DNA from: Selaginella moellendorffii
Taxonomy: Eukaryota > Plantae > Lycopodiophyta
Assembly (NCBI RefSeq): GCF_000143415.4
Contig: NW_003314316.1
Coordinates: forward strand, 186,001-250,000
DNA: 64,000 nt
Direction of reading: 5' to 3'
Part shown: positions 49,464-62,532 of the stretch, one piece after another
Layout of the letters: each line of letters starts with the position of its first letter
How positions within the stretch are numbered: position 1 is the stretch's first letter
Translations under genes and position numbers: made by a program
The notes under the pieces: model-generated
Told to the model about the DNA's origin: nothing
Databases searched by the model: none
What the model saw: the letters and a program-made list of their open reading frames with translations, nothing else

Positions 49464-50575
49464 TCACGGACTCCTGGAGGCCAAAGTTAGGTGCTCGACG
49501 CTTGTCTGCAGCGCAAGCCTCTCCGACACATCCGCCAATGATTTGAGGTTGCACTTGATCACTGTCTCCACGAAGAAACATGTGTCCTCCTTACTGTTCC
49601 CTTCGGGAGTGTCCACAACGTACGACTCGATCGCCAATGTCCCGGGCCTACCGTTGATCATCTCGGAGTGGAGCGTGATTATAGACCAGTAATTCTGAAA
49701 GAAAAGATCCACTGCTGTGAGATGATGATGAAAGATAGCATTCACGAGCTGTAGAAAAAGGAAAATCCAGCCGACACTGTGCGAGTGAAGCGAGGGAGAT
49801 AACGAGGCGATAAGAAAAATAGTTTAAGAGAAAAAGAAAACAAGAGGAAACTTCGAGAAACTTTGGATGAGATGGGAAGAACAATTCGAAAAGAAAAGCG
49901 AGAGAGAGGGAGAAAAGAAAAGTGTACCTTGAGTCGATGATCTCCTCCAAGGATCCGGTAACTAAAGATGTGCTCCTCCTCGTCCAGGATCTCCAGCCTC
50001 TCGGTGCTGCTCGTGGCTGGAAGCCCCGTTACCACATTCACGTTTCGGATGCTCCCGACTTTGCCATCGCCATTCACAGTGCAGCTCTGGATGAATCTCT
50101 TGTAGCCTTGCGGTTGGTCAAATCTCCGGACGAGCGACCACACCTGCGCAAGAACAAAAGAGAGAAAAATCTCAGCTAGAGAGTAAGATCAAGCGCTCTT
50201 GGTTGTGAGAAATCGAGAGAGATAGGTGTTTGGGAGGTGACAAGAAGTCGAGAGATCGCAAAGAATGGATGCTCGGATGCTTGGTTGTGAGTAATCGAGA
50301 GAGCTACACCCTTTGGAAGAAAGTGGAGTTTGTTAGATCACTAGAATGCAAGAAAGCAAGCAATGTACTACACAGATTTCACGAATCTCGCATCAAATTC
50401 CTAGAACAGCACGATCTCCTAGCAAATTCCTAACGAGGAGAGTGAGAGGGCTTACCAGCTGCACGGGCGCATTGATGCGTTTGATGAGGATGGATCCACA
50501 CTGATACTCTTGCATCTCGTGCTTGTGGTAGCGCCATATGTGCTCCTCCTCCCTAGACAATGCGTTGCTGCTCAT
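49464..50575 (-). CDS. PYR/PYL/RCAR ABA receptor (PYL8/9-like, 3 exons)
   Basis: IWRYHKH...QCGS...INAPVQL|[18 protein letters not shown]...[15 protein letters not shown]...GGDHRLK|NYWSIITLH...[33 protein letters not shown]. Confidence 0.93.
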
Positions 50576-50665
50576 CTCATCGATCGATCGATCCCTTCCC
50601 CTGCTAGAGCGGCTAGAGCTCTCACTCGCTCGTTCGATTAGAACCCTAGAAAACCAAAAGGGAAC

Positions 50666-50670
<5 letters not shown>

Positions 50671-50704
<34 letters not shown>
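50671..50704. repeat. (AG)n/(CT)n microsatellite in the PYL 5' leader
   Basis: Direct observation. Confidence 0.9.
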
Positions 50705-50708
<4 letters not shown>

Positions 50709-51541
50709 AAAAAAAGAGAAGAACAATTTTCGTGGATAATAAAAACTTTCCAGGTAACACCTGTATCAGATGTTACCGCTCCCACGAAACGACCTATACG
50801 GTCCCACGCGCATCAAGGAGTAGAAAGTCGCCTTCCCCGGCCAGGGGGAATATTCCCCACCTCGCGGAAAAGAATAATTTCGTGCTTGGCTTTTCAGGCC
50901 CATCAAGAGCTTCACATGCTTCCCTTGTGCGCTGCCTTTCACGCTTCTTTCCTTGGAAGCTACCTCCTTTAGACATAAACTTAACTTCTTCTTCATCCAT
51001 TTGCTTCTTCCATTTTGGAGCTCTCGATCGATTCAATAGCTTGGTCGCTGAGAGCTTGGAAGATCACGGGGTCATTCCAGAACCCAAGGAGAAACTCTTC
51101 GCATAAGAAACCAAAGTTAAAGTTTCCAGTCAAAAAACCAAGCTGAAGCGTTCTTTCAAACTTGACACAGTAGCTCGCGAGCGATTGTCTCGGTCAAAAC
51201 CTCTAGTCTGGGATTAATAAACAAAAGCAAAGCTTTCTCTACACAAGATGGAGCTTACCTTGCAGCTAAGTATGACTTTGAGGACGATGAAAGACGACGA
51301 ACGATCCATTCTTCGAGGCTGTCCACGCATGAGATCGCTTGGGGCCAACCAGATCCTTCCGCAGGCCGCTTTCAGCCACCCCCCTCATCCATGTGAATTC
51401 GTCAATTCCTTTTTTCCTTTGTGTCGTTATCCCTGGAAGAGTTTGGTAAGTGAAGTATGCGTTCCTTCGAAGGGGGAACAATAAAAGGTATGAAAGGGAA
51501 GGAGCTTACCAGCTTTTATTTGTTTCTTTTCTTGCGAAGAC

Positions 51542-52461
51542 CTAGACCCTGGAGCTCGCAAACCTCTTCTCGAAAAGCCTGCGCAGTAAATAGACTTGGA
51601 GCAGGCTTGCAGAGATCAAGGCCGCCGACTCCACCACGGCTTTATAAACCACTCGCTTGCTCATTGCGTTGTTCACTGCAAGCACCATAAAACCGGAGCC
51701 GAGTCCAAACACGAGCCAGTCAGTCACTCCCCTTGGACGGGAAACAGAGAACAAAAACGAATTTAAGAGCCAAGCGACAATGCACTTACAGACGGATTGA
51801 CGCTCAGTCTGAGCTTGCAGCCAGTGCTGCTCGAAAGAAACACTGTAGAGAGCCTCCTCAAGTCTCGCGATCTGTCCCATCAGTGGGTCAATGTGGTCTG
51901 CAAAGCAACGAGCGTCACCAAAAGTTCACGAAAAAAAAAGAGAGAGAATTTTGTTCTTACCATCCTTTGCATGATCGTCCGGCGGGGGAAAGTGGCCAAC
52001 GTAAACGTCGAAAGCAATGGTTTCGTGAACTGGAGAGAGATTGTGGAAGCAAAACTTGTAGAGGCCTTTGCTATGTGCCACAAACTGGCTCTTTTCCTCG
52101 GGCTTGTTGCGAACATCGTAGGCTTGAATGCCTCCAGGCCCCTCGACCTGGCCAAAGAACACAAAAAAAAAACCATAAGACTTTGCTGTGATCCATGAAA
52201 AAAAAATCCAAGCACTGCTTCTTCTAAGCTAGAGATTTCCTTCCTGTGCTAGACGATTACCACTAGATCCACGCCGGCTTGCTCGAATCCCCAGGTACTG
52301 TCCGATTTGACCACCACGTACGAGACATGGACCAAATCGCCGTCATACTCCACCGGATGAGCGAAGCACTCCTTCCTGTCGATCACGAATCGCAGCGCCT
52401 GTGCGGAGCTCGCCGAGAGGAGAAGAATTGAGAGAGCCAGCGGCAGCAGCGGCAGCGCCAT
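51542..52461 (-). CDS. p24/TMED family protein (p24beta-like), 4 exons
   Basis: Signal peptide, GOLD domain (LRFVIDRKECF...GLYKFCFHNLSPVHETIAFDV), coiled coil LEEALYSVSFEQHWL, TM helix and YLLRRLFEKRFASSRV* tail. Confidence 0.92.
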
Positions 52462-52532
52462 CGTGAATCGCGCCACGATCTCTCCTATAAACCCTAAATA
52501 GGGCTCTAATGGGCCAAACGCGCTTCTTTTCT

Positions 52533-52986
52533 TTAGTTTTTTCTCTTCGCCTCGATCCAGGGATCCGGCTCCTGGCCAAATCCGCTGCTCGGATCTTCCC
52601 AATTCTCGCGCGAATCACCGTCGGCCCTGCGGCTGCCGTGCTGCGCGATGTACTCCTTCATCCAATCCTGCCTCTTCTTCTCGTGCTCTTCGATGCCGAA
52701 GATTATGTCGAGCATCGTCCCGGTGGTGCCGTAGATGAGCAGTGGCGCCAGCGATTTGCGTTTCATTCCCACTGGAATCGCGGCAAGCGCCCCCACAACC
52801 GAGAAGAGCCACCAGCTGCGAGGTAGTAGCAGAGATTTTCAGCAAATGTGGCTTCAAATCGATCGATCTCTACCTACGAAATGGAACCTCCTTGTCAAGA
52901 TCGATCTCCGGAGGGAGCTGATCCAGAAGCTCCTCGATCTCCTTCTGCTTTTGGCGGCTCCTCTCGGTGCCCAACACGCTCCCCAT
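52533..52986 (-). CDS. Small conserved plant membrane protein of unknown function (131 aa; exons 52986-52874 and 52815-52533)
   Basis: A GT-AG intron joins MGSVLGTERSRQ...EVPFRS to WWLFSVVGALAAIPVGMKRKSLAPLLIYGTTGTMLDIIFGI in frame. The KSLAPL..GTTGTMLDII motif is one I recall from uncharacterised land-plant proteins. Confidence 0.75.
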
Positions 52987-53189
52987 TGCTCCCTAAAACC
53001 CTAGCAATCCCCCCAAGGATTTTTGGGGGCTTCTAAGATGAACGGAGGAGATTAATATTTCACGTACACAAGCCAATTTACACGTTCCCTCTCTCGTGTT
53101 CTTCTCATGGTACTCGAGCCATACTCGAGCCATACTTGAGCCACCATTGCGAGCGAGGAAACTGTCGATCGATCCATCGAATGGAGCGA

Positions 53190-56100
53190 TCAAGCCGATT
53201 GTGGAACCAGCTGCTCGGCGATGGTTTCATCGCTAAATGCTTCGTTTGCTTCCGGCGTGTCTTCCTCGCTGGGCGGAACGAGCTGCCAGAACTTTGGAAG
53301 AAATGCGTCCCAGTTTTGGAGAATATGGATTGCTCTGCTGCTCCCAGTCTTGTCCTGCGTAGCGCGACGAAAACAATGAGAAAAACCATTCCAGTACCTT
53401 GTAAAACAAGAGTAAAGAGTGTTCTCTCTTCTTACCACATGAGCTTGGATCAGTCGACGAAGCTGGACTTGTCCCGCGGGAGCGGTCACTCTTTGCATCC
53501 TTACAATCTCTTTGTTCACCTGTTAAGTTTGAAAGAGAACTTAGAACGGCGAATCCAGAAAGTTCTTCACTCGTGTACCTTTGGGGTGAGCGTGTCATCT
53601 TCGTCCAGGAAATATGCCAAGCCACCGGTCATACCAGCACCGACGTTTCGGCCAACTCTGCCCGACGAAACGTTAAAACACGAAAGAGAGAAGGAAAGTT
53701 TGTTTTTCGTACTTTCCGAGAGAGACTACGCAGCCTCCAGTCATGTACTCGCAGCAGTGATCCCCGGCACCTTCCACAACAGCCTCCGCGCGGCTGTTTC
53801 GAACCGCAAATCGTTCGCCAGCCTTCCCGCGTGAATAGAACTGGCCTCCAGTAGCTCCATAGAGGCATGTATTGCCAATGATTGTGGAGTCCTCAGGCAC
53901 GAAGCCGGTCTTCTCGGGTGGAGTAATAACTAGCTCCCCGCCAGCCATTCCCTGAAACAAAACATTTTCTTTCTTCTTTTGAATGATAGAAGAAAAGTCA
54001 GTAAGTCACCTTGCCAACGTAGTCATTAGATTCTCCAATAAGCCGGATGTTCATCCCCGGAGTCAAGAAACATCCAAAGGATTGGCCTGCGCTGCCAATA
54101 AATCTACGCAGAAAACGCATGTGTGAGAGATAATTCGAAAGCACGCATACATGCGCACTTACGTTATGTTCAACTGTCCAGCGAAACCGGTGTCGCCGTA
54201 AGCTTTGGCGATGGAGCCTGCAATTCGTCCACAGACTGCACGATCGACATTATAGATCTTGAATGTCTTGGATATCGTCTTCTCGTCAGCGATTGCCTCC
54301 GAGATCTGAAGCATGCAAGCGTTATATACAGTGTAAAGATGATAACAAATGATGATAACAGATACTACCTCAGGATCAGCCAACACCACATCGTCAAGTA
54401 CAGGTCCGTTGGTATGAACATTTTGACGCCTTATTTGGGTGCTTGAAAGCTTTGGCAACCCAGCGTTCTGTAATGCACGAACTTACAGCGAGCGAAAGGG
54501 TATAAAATAGAAAGAATACCGATAGCAAGTAACTCAAGTCGAGTAGTCGCGTTTTTACGAGGGGAACATGTCTTGGTTGCAAAAGCTCCGTTCTTCCAAT
54601 CACGTCGTCGAGCTTTTCATAGCCAAGATGAGCAAGCAGGCCCCGCACCTATTTATAAAAAATGATGAGAGTATGGACCAAATACAATCCATTATCAAAG
54701 AAAACTCCTACCTCTTCAGCAACGTACAAGAAGAAATTACAAAGATCATTTGGTACTCCGGGAAATCGAGCACGCAACTCTTCCCTCTACGCATTGTTTA
54801 GAAAAGCTTCATTAAAAGAAAATAATCACGTCCTGAAGAAAGTTACCTGGCTAGCAACACCAACTGGGCAATTGTTGGTATGACAGATACGAGCCATGAT
54901 GCATCCCGTTGCTATCATCGCTACCGATCCAAATCCATATTCATCAGCTCCCATAGCAGCAGCCATCAAAACATCCATGCCGCTTTTAAATCCACCATCG
55001 ACACGAAGAACAACTCGTTCCCGAAGCCCATTCAACAAGAGAGCCTGACGGAGAAAGAACAAGAAATAAAGAGCTTAAATTCGAGAAAGTTTGAAAAGTT
55101 CGTTCGAACTGCACCTGTTGTGTCTCTGTCAACCCGAGTTCCCAAGGGCCCCCGGCATGCTTTATTGAGCTGATTGGACTGGCCCCAGTTCCACCGTCGT
55201 GTCCAGATATCTAAAGACAAAACGTAAGTTGGCAACAAAGGTTGAAACAAATTGAAACGCACCTGTATAATGTCTGCATTAGCCTTGGCAACACCGCTTG
55301 CTACAGTGCCAATACCCGCCTCTGCAACAAGCTTCACAGATACTTTGGCACGGGGATTCACCTGTCAACACAATGCATGAGAAGCGGAACGACAAATGTC
55401 GAACACGTACCTGATGAAGGTCAAAAATTAGCTGTGCTAAATCCTCGATTGAGTAGATATCGTGATGGGGAGGAGGAGAAATAAGTGGCACACCAGGTTT
55501 GGAGTTTCGCAGGACAGCAATGTAAGTACTAACTTTCTTTCCAGGCAATTGGCCACCTTCCCCGGGCTTAGCACCTTGTGCAATCTTAATTTCGAGCTGG
55601 TCCGCATTCGCCAAAAACGTTGGCGTGACACCAAAGCGTCCAGACGCAACCTTAACACCCGAATACCAGTTTAAATGAGATCTCTGAAAACGACTGCGCA
55701 CCTGTTTGATCACACTTGTCGCGGTATCCCCATTTTGCAATCCTCTAAGATGTGGTAATGTCGGCGAATAACCATCCACTACGTCCGTCAAATGCCTCCA
55801 GCGTACAGGATCCTGAAACGACCATTGATAATCCACCATAAAAGAACGAAAATATACCTCGCCTCCTTCGCCAGAATTTGATTTGCCACCTAGCCTGTTC
55901 ATTGCAATTGCAATCACTTCGTGTGTTTCCCTCGAAATAGCTCCTAGGGACATGCCTCCAGTACAGAAGCGTTCCACGATACTGGTGGCAGGTTCTATTC
56001 TTGACAGTGGAATGGGTTCTCTGTCGCTTTTTAAAGTAAGGAGATCCCGAAGAACCTGTAAATCAGGTTGGGACGCTCAAGAAAATGATTTTGAACAGAA

Positions 56101-59100
56101 ACACCAAACTACTCACATTTACAGGACGGTCACTCAGGTGGTTTTGATATACAGCATACGCGCTCTCATTCTTCTCACGAACTGCTTTGTGAAGAAGCTT
56201 CGACATCTCTGGGTTATTTCCGTGATATTCGGCTGGAACAAAAGAATGTTAGAACAACAATAATTTCATATTCAAACATTACCGCCATTTCTAAACTGAA
56301 TAAATCCATAGTTTTCGAGTTTTTTGGCTCCTTCGTCCGACAAGCCTTTGGCCCAAAATGATACAGATTCACGAGCGAGCTAAATTGCGTAAAGTATCCT
56401 TTTAGTTAAGTCAGGAAAAATAAAGCAAACAACGAGCCAATCAAATACCTCATCTAAAGTCACTCCTCCTATACGTGAGACGCTTCCCCTAAACGCGGTA
56501 TCTACAACTTCTTTTCCAAGGCCATAAATTTCAAAAATTTGTGCTCCACAGTAGCTGCAAGAACGATTAAGCGTTAGTACGAAAATATCTTGCGGAATTA
56601 TTAACGAACAAACCTTGATAGAAGAGAAATTCCCATCTTCGAAAGAATTTTTAACAGGCCAGCTCTAACCGCCTGGTGCTACAATGTTAGTATAGATGTG
56701 TTAACAAGACAAAGATCTTCACCTTGCGAAAATTCTGCTGCGCCTGTTCTATTGTCACGGTGGGTATTTTACCATTCTTCATCAGCCCAACAGTTCTGTT
56801 GCTCAGACGCCATTGTCTACACGTTTCTAAGGCCAAATAAGGACAAATTGCACTGCAACAAGTTAAACAAGTTTAGAATGATAAAAGAACACAAAAGCAG
56901 AATGCGCAACATTACCTTGCACCATACCCAACAAGGCATGCAAAATGGTGTGTACTGAAGCATTGAGCAGTATCAGCAATAAGAGATGCTGACGTGCGAA
57001 GTCCGTTCTGAATAAGGTGGTGGTGTACTGCTCCTACCGCAAGCAGCATCGGTATGGCAGGCTTAGTGGCTACCTGCACTTCAAACGAGCGTTTAATACC
57101 GGACACTTTAGCCACTATGGAGACAAGCATACCAGGTCATTTGCTCTGTCGCTCAAAATCAAAAGCTGTGATCCTCCACGTACAGCCTCATCAGCAACTT
57201 CACACAGCTTGTCCAGTGCAGAAGAAAGTGATCCTTCAAGTCCATTACTAATATCAAAGAACGTTGGAATTGTCGAAGCCTTCAAAACTGGATCCGTCTT
57301 CAAAGTTTCGAGCTCTCCTTCGTTCAATACCGGGCTCAGTAACTTCAGCTGCACATGCAAGACAATAGCTGGATGATTAAACTGCAACTATAACCCGCAC
57401 CTGAGCAGCATTCTCAGCTTTTGGTTCCAGAATGTTTTCTCGCTTCCCAATATTGACGTCAAGAGACATCACAAGTCCCTCCCGTAAAGGATCAATAGCA
57501 GGATTTGTTACCTGCAAAACATTAATCTTTATGTCCATCCAAAGCCAATAGCTCTAGTTACCTGAGCGAATCTTTGCTTGAAATAGTCATACAGCATATG
57601 ACCTCTCTGAGACAGAACAGCCAGAGGGATATCGTCCCCCATACAAAACGTCGGCTCTTTGCCTTGCGATGCCATGCTTTCTATAACCATTTGGACATCC
57701 TCAGATGAATACCCAAATGCCCTGAAATCTAAAGACATGAGCACATGTAAACCAGCATAAAACAATAAACGGCTTACTGTTGTCTCTGAAGGAGCTTATC
57801 AGTGTCCATAAACGGTTCAGCTGAAAATTTACAAACGGGAAGACTACGGCTTTTCTCATCCAGCCATTGGCGATAAGGATGTGAAAGAGCGACCCTCTTT
57901 TTCACCTCCGTATTTTCGGATACCTGTAGTAGCTTCATCACGTTATTACAAATGCAAAGCATGTTCTTCTTCTTGCCTTTCCAGAGTTCAAGTCTATGGC
58001 TATCATCATCCCAGGGCCTAAACGACCTTTAGAGATGATATCAGAATCCGGAATCGGGAGAACGCCCACCTATGTAACGGCATGGTTGTAGTTCTCTTCA
58101 AGTATAGCTAAAGGTAACGTGCTTCCATACCTCAGAAGCGACATACAGCATTCCATCCTTCGTTTCCCAATATCGAGCAGGACGGAGCCCGTTTCGATCA
58201 AGGCAAGCGCCAACTGTCCTCCCATCACTTCAAATACATCCGTTAAGGAACGTCTTCCTTTGAAAAAAATTAGCTTGTACCTGAAAAGGAGCAATGCAGG
58301 TCCGTCCCATGCTTCCATCTGGCCTGTGTAATACTCGTAAAAGTCAATAACCTGGTACAGACCGGAGAAATAAGTAACAAATCAACTGCTGTTGGCATAA
58401 CAAACCTCCGGATACTTGATGGACAGTGTAGGGTGATTTTTGTAAGCCTCTGGAACGAGCATCATCAGAGTTGCTTCCGGGGTTCGTCCGCTCCTCATTA
58501 AAAGCTGAGATAGATTACTTTTAGAGGCTGTTCAGTTCGAAATAAATAGCATACTTACTTCAGCAGCCATGTCAAGGTTGGCCGAATCAGAAGCCCTGGG
58601 ATTTCCAAAAGGTCGAAGTTCCTCCTCTCTCCCCCGCCAGACGGCACATTTTAGAGAGGCCTCTCTTGAACGCATCCAGTTAAGATTGCCCTTCGCAGCT
58701 ATCACTGTAAGATGAAGATTCGCGACGCTCAGAAGGCGCTGCTTACCTGAAGTGTGTTGATCTCTCCGTTATGTCCCAAGAATCTCATCGGTTGAGCTAG
58801 TGGCCATTTCGGATTGGTGTTTGTGCTGTACCGTCTGTGATAAATCGCAAAAGTTGATGTAAAGCTCTTCTCGCGGAGGTCCAAGTAAAACTGGCCAAGG
58901 ACTTCCGACCGCAACATTCCCTTGTAAACGATGGTCTGAGCAGACAGGGAACAAAAGTAGCACTCGTCCCCCCATGCTTCTCCTTCGATTTCCCGTTCGA
59001 CCAGCTTTCTCGATATATACAGCTCCCTTTCAACATCCTCCACCGTACTCTCGCCACTGACCTTGACAAACACCTGTTCAATTGTTGGAAGGGCCATTTT

Positions 59101-59885
59101 CGCGTAGTATCCGACGACTGAAACGTCAACTGGAACTTTTCGCCATCCCAGAATCTCAAGGCCTTCACGATTGAAGACTTTGCAGATAGCTAGAAACGAA
59201 ACCCGAAAAAAAAATACCGAGAGAAAGTCAACTATAAGATGTCGCTCAAATCCTATGAAATTCACTCACCTTGTTTGGCAGCGATGGCCGACGCTTCGTC
59301 TCGTGGAAGAAAAACCATTCCCACTCCAGAGTTGGACTGATCGGGCAAAGGCAATCCTTGCTCCTGAAACCAGCTGTTAAGCATGTCCCAAGGAATTCTC
59401 GTCATTAAACCGGCACCATCGCCAGAATCGCTATCGGCACCACAGCCGCCGCGATGCTCCATGCAGCCAAGGGCTGTCAGTGCATCCTCGATAACTTTGT
59501 GAGAGGACTCTTGCTTGGTGCTGGCTATAAACCCCACGCCACACGCATCGCGTTCCGCTAGGATGTCTTCTAGATCGGCCACCTAGAATTTCATCCATGA
59601 AAAATTTGCTAGAAGAGAAAATTCGCGTACCTGGAAGCGTGATGGCGAAGAATCCCTGCTTTTGAGAGACTGTGCGCGAGTGGAGCCATCGGGAAGAGCC
59701 TGCGCCCATGCCCGATATCGATTGTCGCAGGGATTATGGAGAAATCGTCGTTGCAATCCACCGAATGCTGGAAACCTGGCCCTGGCGGCGATAGCAATCG
59801 AGCTCGAACGCGCGGCGGCAGCTCCCCGAGAATCTTGGAACCTGGAAACGTAGAGAGTAGGGCTATTTGCCAGATACACAGCCAT
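53190..59885 (-). CDS. GLU1: Ferredoxin-dependent glutamate synthase (Fd-GOGAT), ~30 short exons, plastid transit peptide
   Basis: [11 protein letters not shown] (catalytic Cys), [96 protein letters not shown]. No C-terminal NADH beta domain. Confidence 0.97.
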
Positions 59886-60080
59886 AGCGCGATTGAGCTG
59901 GAATCGATCCTGGTGATGAGAGAAGACGCCGCCTCCTAATCTAGCATTAGCCCAGCTCCATCCACCGATCGACCGAAAGGAGCCCCCTTAGGTAAGTGCA
60001 GAGAAAGCACACAAACAATATCGTCCTTCTGACAAGGAATGAAAAAAATTATAGGAATGCGCTACATGGTTGGAAATCAT

Positions 60081-60098
60081 GCCACGTGGCAACACGTA
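60081..60098. promoter_or_regulatory. Palindromic G-box GCCACGTGGC plus an adjacent ACGT element, ~195 bp upstream of Fd-GOGAT
   Basis: gccacgtggcaacacgta seen directly; typical of light/ABA-responsive promoters. Confidence 0.6.
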
Positions 60099-61237
60099 CC
60101 CTAAACTCTATAAGTTCTAATATAAAAAAATATAACTATAAAATTGATAAAAGTTAAGCATAAATATTCTTACATAGCTCTATTGTTGTCCAAGTTAAAA
60201 GGCAATAAAAAAGTTCTTGGATGAAGTAATGAAGGTTTCACACCACACTATAGTGAATAACAATCTTTTTGGCCATTGGCATTTTGATTGTTAAGAGGTA
60301 CAAGCTTATATTATTATAGTAAGTTTAATGTTTTTATCAAAGAGTAATACAATATTTCAATAGATTATGATAAATATTTAATATTATTGCATTTATTTTA
60401 TTTTGGAACCCTCCAAATACATTGTTTGATGGTATTATAAACAGCAATATCCATTGTCCTCAACACATGCCATTTATTGACCAAGTAAATATTATATGAC
60501 CATATCACATTAAATGTTTATCATACATTACATGAACTAAATTACAATCTAATTGCATATGCAAAGAATAATTTCTATTACGAGGTTGAAAAAATTCACC
60601 ACTATATAGATTTGAAAATCTTGAATAATCTTTTAAACTTCTAATGCAGTTGTACTTTGGTTTGAATTTCATCAATTATAAATCTGTTTATTGACTGCTT
60701 TAATATTAATATCAATCTTTTCATTAGTGTTTTCAACTGTATATGAAATGCTATACCTGCCACAATATATCCACTTATACCAAAATTTTAACATTTCAAA
60801 ATCACGTTGTATAATCTCCCGTAACATCCTAAATAGTATTAATCTTATAGATCTACCAGGATATATGACACCAAAGCTGGGAAGAACGAAGAAACAGATT
60901 TACGTCCCAAGGCCGGAGCCATTAACTTCGTCCCCGGAGTGAGCGTGATGCGGTCTTATGCCTGCATAAGTTTTCCCGTTTAGCTTTCGGTGGTTTGACC
61001 ACAAACACACAAGCTTACCTCCAGACAGGATCACAGAGTTTTGCACGTCTTCCTCACTGCAAATCTCCAGTTATAAAAATAGTGAAGAAAGCACATTGGA
61101 CAGTTCCTGTGCCGCTCTGTGAACCTTCGACCTCTCTTAAAATAAGTACTCACCTCTTGCAAGATGTTCGTATGCTTTTCCTATGGCTCGATGTTGAAGC
61201 TGGGTATGAATGCGCAGCCAAGTGCAGTGCCCGTGTC

Positions 61238-61337
61238 NNNNNNNNNNNNNNNNNNNNNNNNNNNNNNNNNNNNNNNNNNNNNNNNNNNNNNNNNNNNNNN
61301 NNNNNNNNNNNNNNNNNNNNNNNNNNNNNNNNNNNNN
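61238..61337. other. Assembly gap (100 N)
   Basis: Run of n. Confidence 1.
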
Positions 61338-62480
61338 GAGAAGATCTTGTCTCACTTCCTTCGGCGTGAGTCGAGCTGTGAAATCCCGAGAACGTGTGTT
61401 ACCAAAGGTAAAATCGACTAGATTGATTGGAGTGCGGCAGTGCGGATCCTTGTCCATTCTCTGGCTCAGATTCTGGTGCAGGCAGGCCAGGCGCAGCAAG
61501 ATCACTGCGCGGAGCTGCAAAATCCCGAGAATGTCGCAAGGGCGTATATCTGATTGGAGTACCTGGAGCAGATCGGCCGAGGGCAGCAAGATCTTTCGGC
61601 GGCAGCGCAGCAGATTCCGGCGGGCCGCTCGATTTTCCCCGCTGCGCCCTCTCTCCCCGCCCCACCGAAACTTACGACTATCATTTTAGGGCTTCCTCCA
61701 GGGCAATCTTCGCGATCACGCTTTCTAATTAAGAAGGTAGAGAAGTGACGTTGCCTTGCTCGATGAGTCCAACTGTGATTCTTGCATGTGTTTTTAGCTA
61801 TCTGCGAAGTCTTCAATCGTGAAGGTATCGAGATTTTGGATTCCAGTTCACGTTTCAGTTTTGCGAGAGTAGGCTTTTACATCAACTTTTGCGATTTTCA
61901 CAGTCGGAGGTAAGCTGAAAACGTTTATCTTAAAACTGGAGCTGCTGAAGTCCGCTATCTCAGCTAGCTTTTAATGAGGAGCGGACGAAGCAACTCTCAT
62001 TCCAGAGGCTTTGTCCATCGATAGGTTCCTGATTTCTCCCACTTTCTATGAGCATGGGATGGACCTGCATTTTCAGGTGTCAAGTTAATTTTGAAACTTC
62101 TTTGGTATGTGAGGTAACAGGTTCCATCCTGCTCGATATCTTTTGAAGTCTAGAAAAACATTATCAGTGCTAGTGTCAAGGATCTGCTGCTTGTTGAGTC
62201 TTATGGGAAAGCCCATACTAATATCCATGCTTGGGCAGTGATACTTGCAATGATATCATAGATAAAGATTTCACTATTGTAATGGAGGAAAAACATTTGG
62301 TAGAAAACGGTTCACTAACTTCGTTTTGGATTAAGGTAACGTGGTTAGTTAGTAATAGAGACAATTGCTCATAAGTAGTTCACAATTACAGTGCTGCCAA
62401 AGAAGATTTATAGAGAACCAATCAAGTAATATATGTACTTTACCATTATAGTTACATTGGAAAACAAATAGTTAAAAAGT

Positions 62481-62532
62481 TTTTGAGGGACTGTGCTCAA
62501 GTGGAGCCATCCAGAAGAGCCTGCACCCATGC
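62481..62532 (-). pseudogene. Diverged copy of a fragment of Fd-GOGAT exon 1
   Basis: 46/52 identity to 59660-59711 by manual alignment. Confidence 0.75.

Noticed and set aside
59968-59990. miR319/159-like gaccgaaaggagccccc upstream of GOGAT
   Set aside because: Too many mismatches and no star arm found
60200-60850. Possible Helitron/PIF1 remnant (LDEVMKVS-like)
   Set aside because: A single weak motif, insufficient support
60860-62200. GC-richer segment with ORFs around the N gap
   Set aside because: Interrupted by the gap and by stops, no family recognised; at most an unidentified pseudogene fragment
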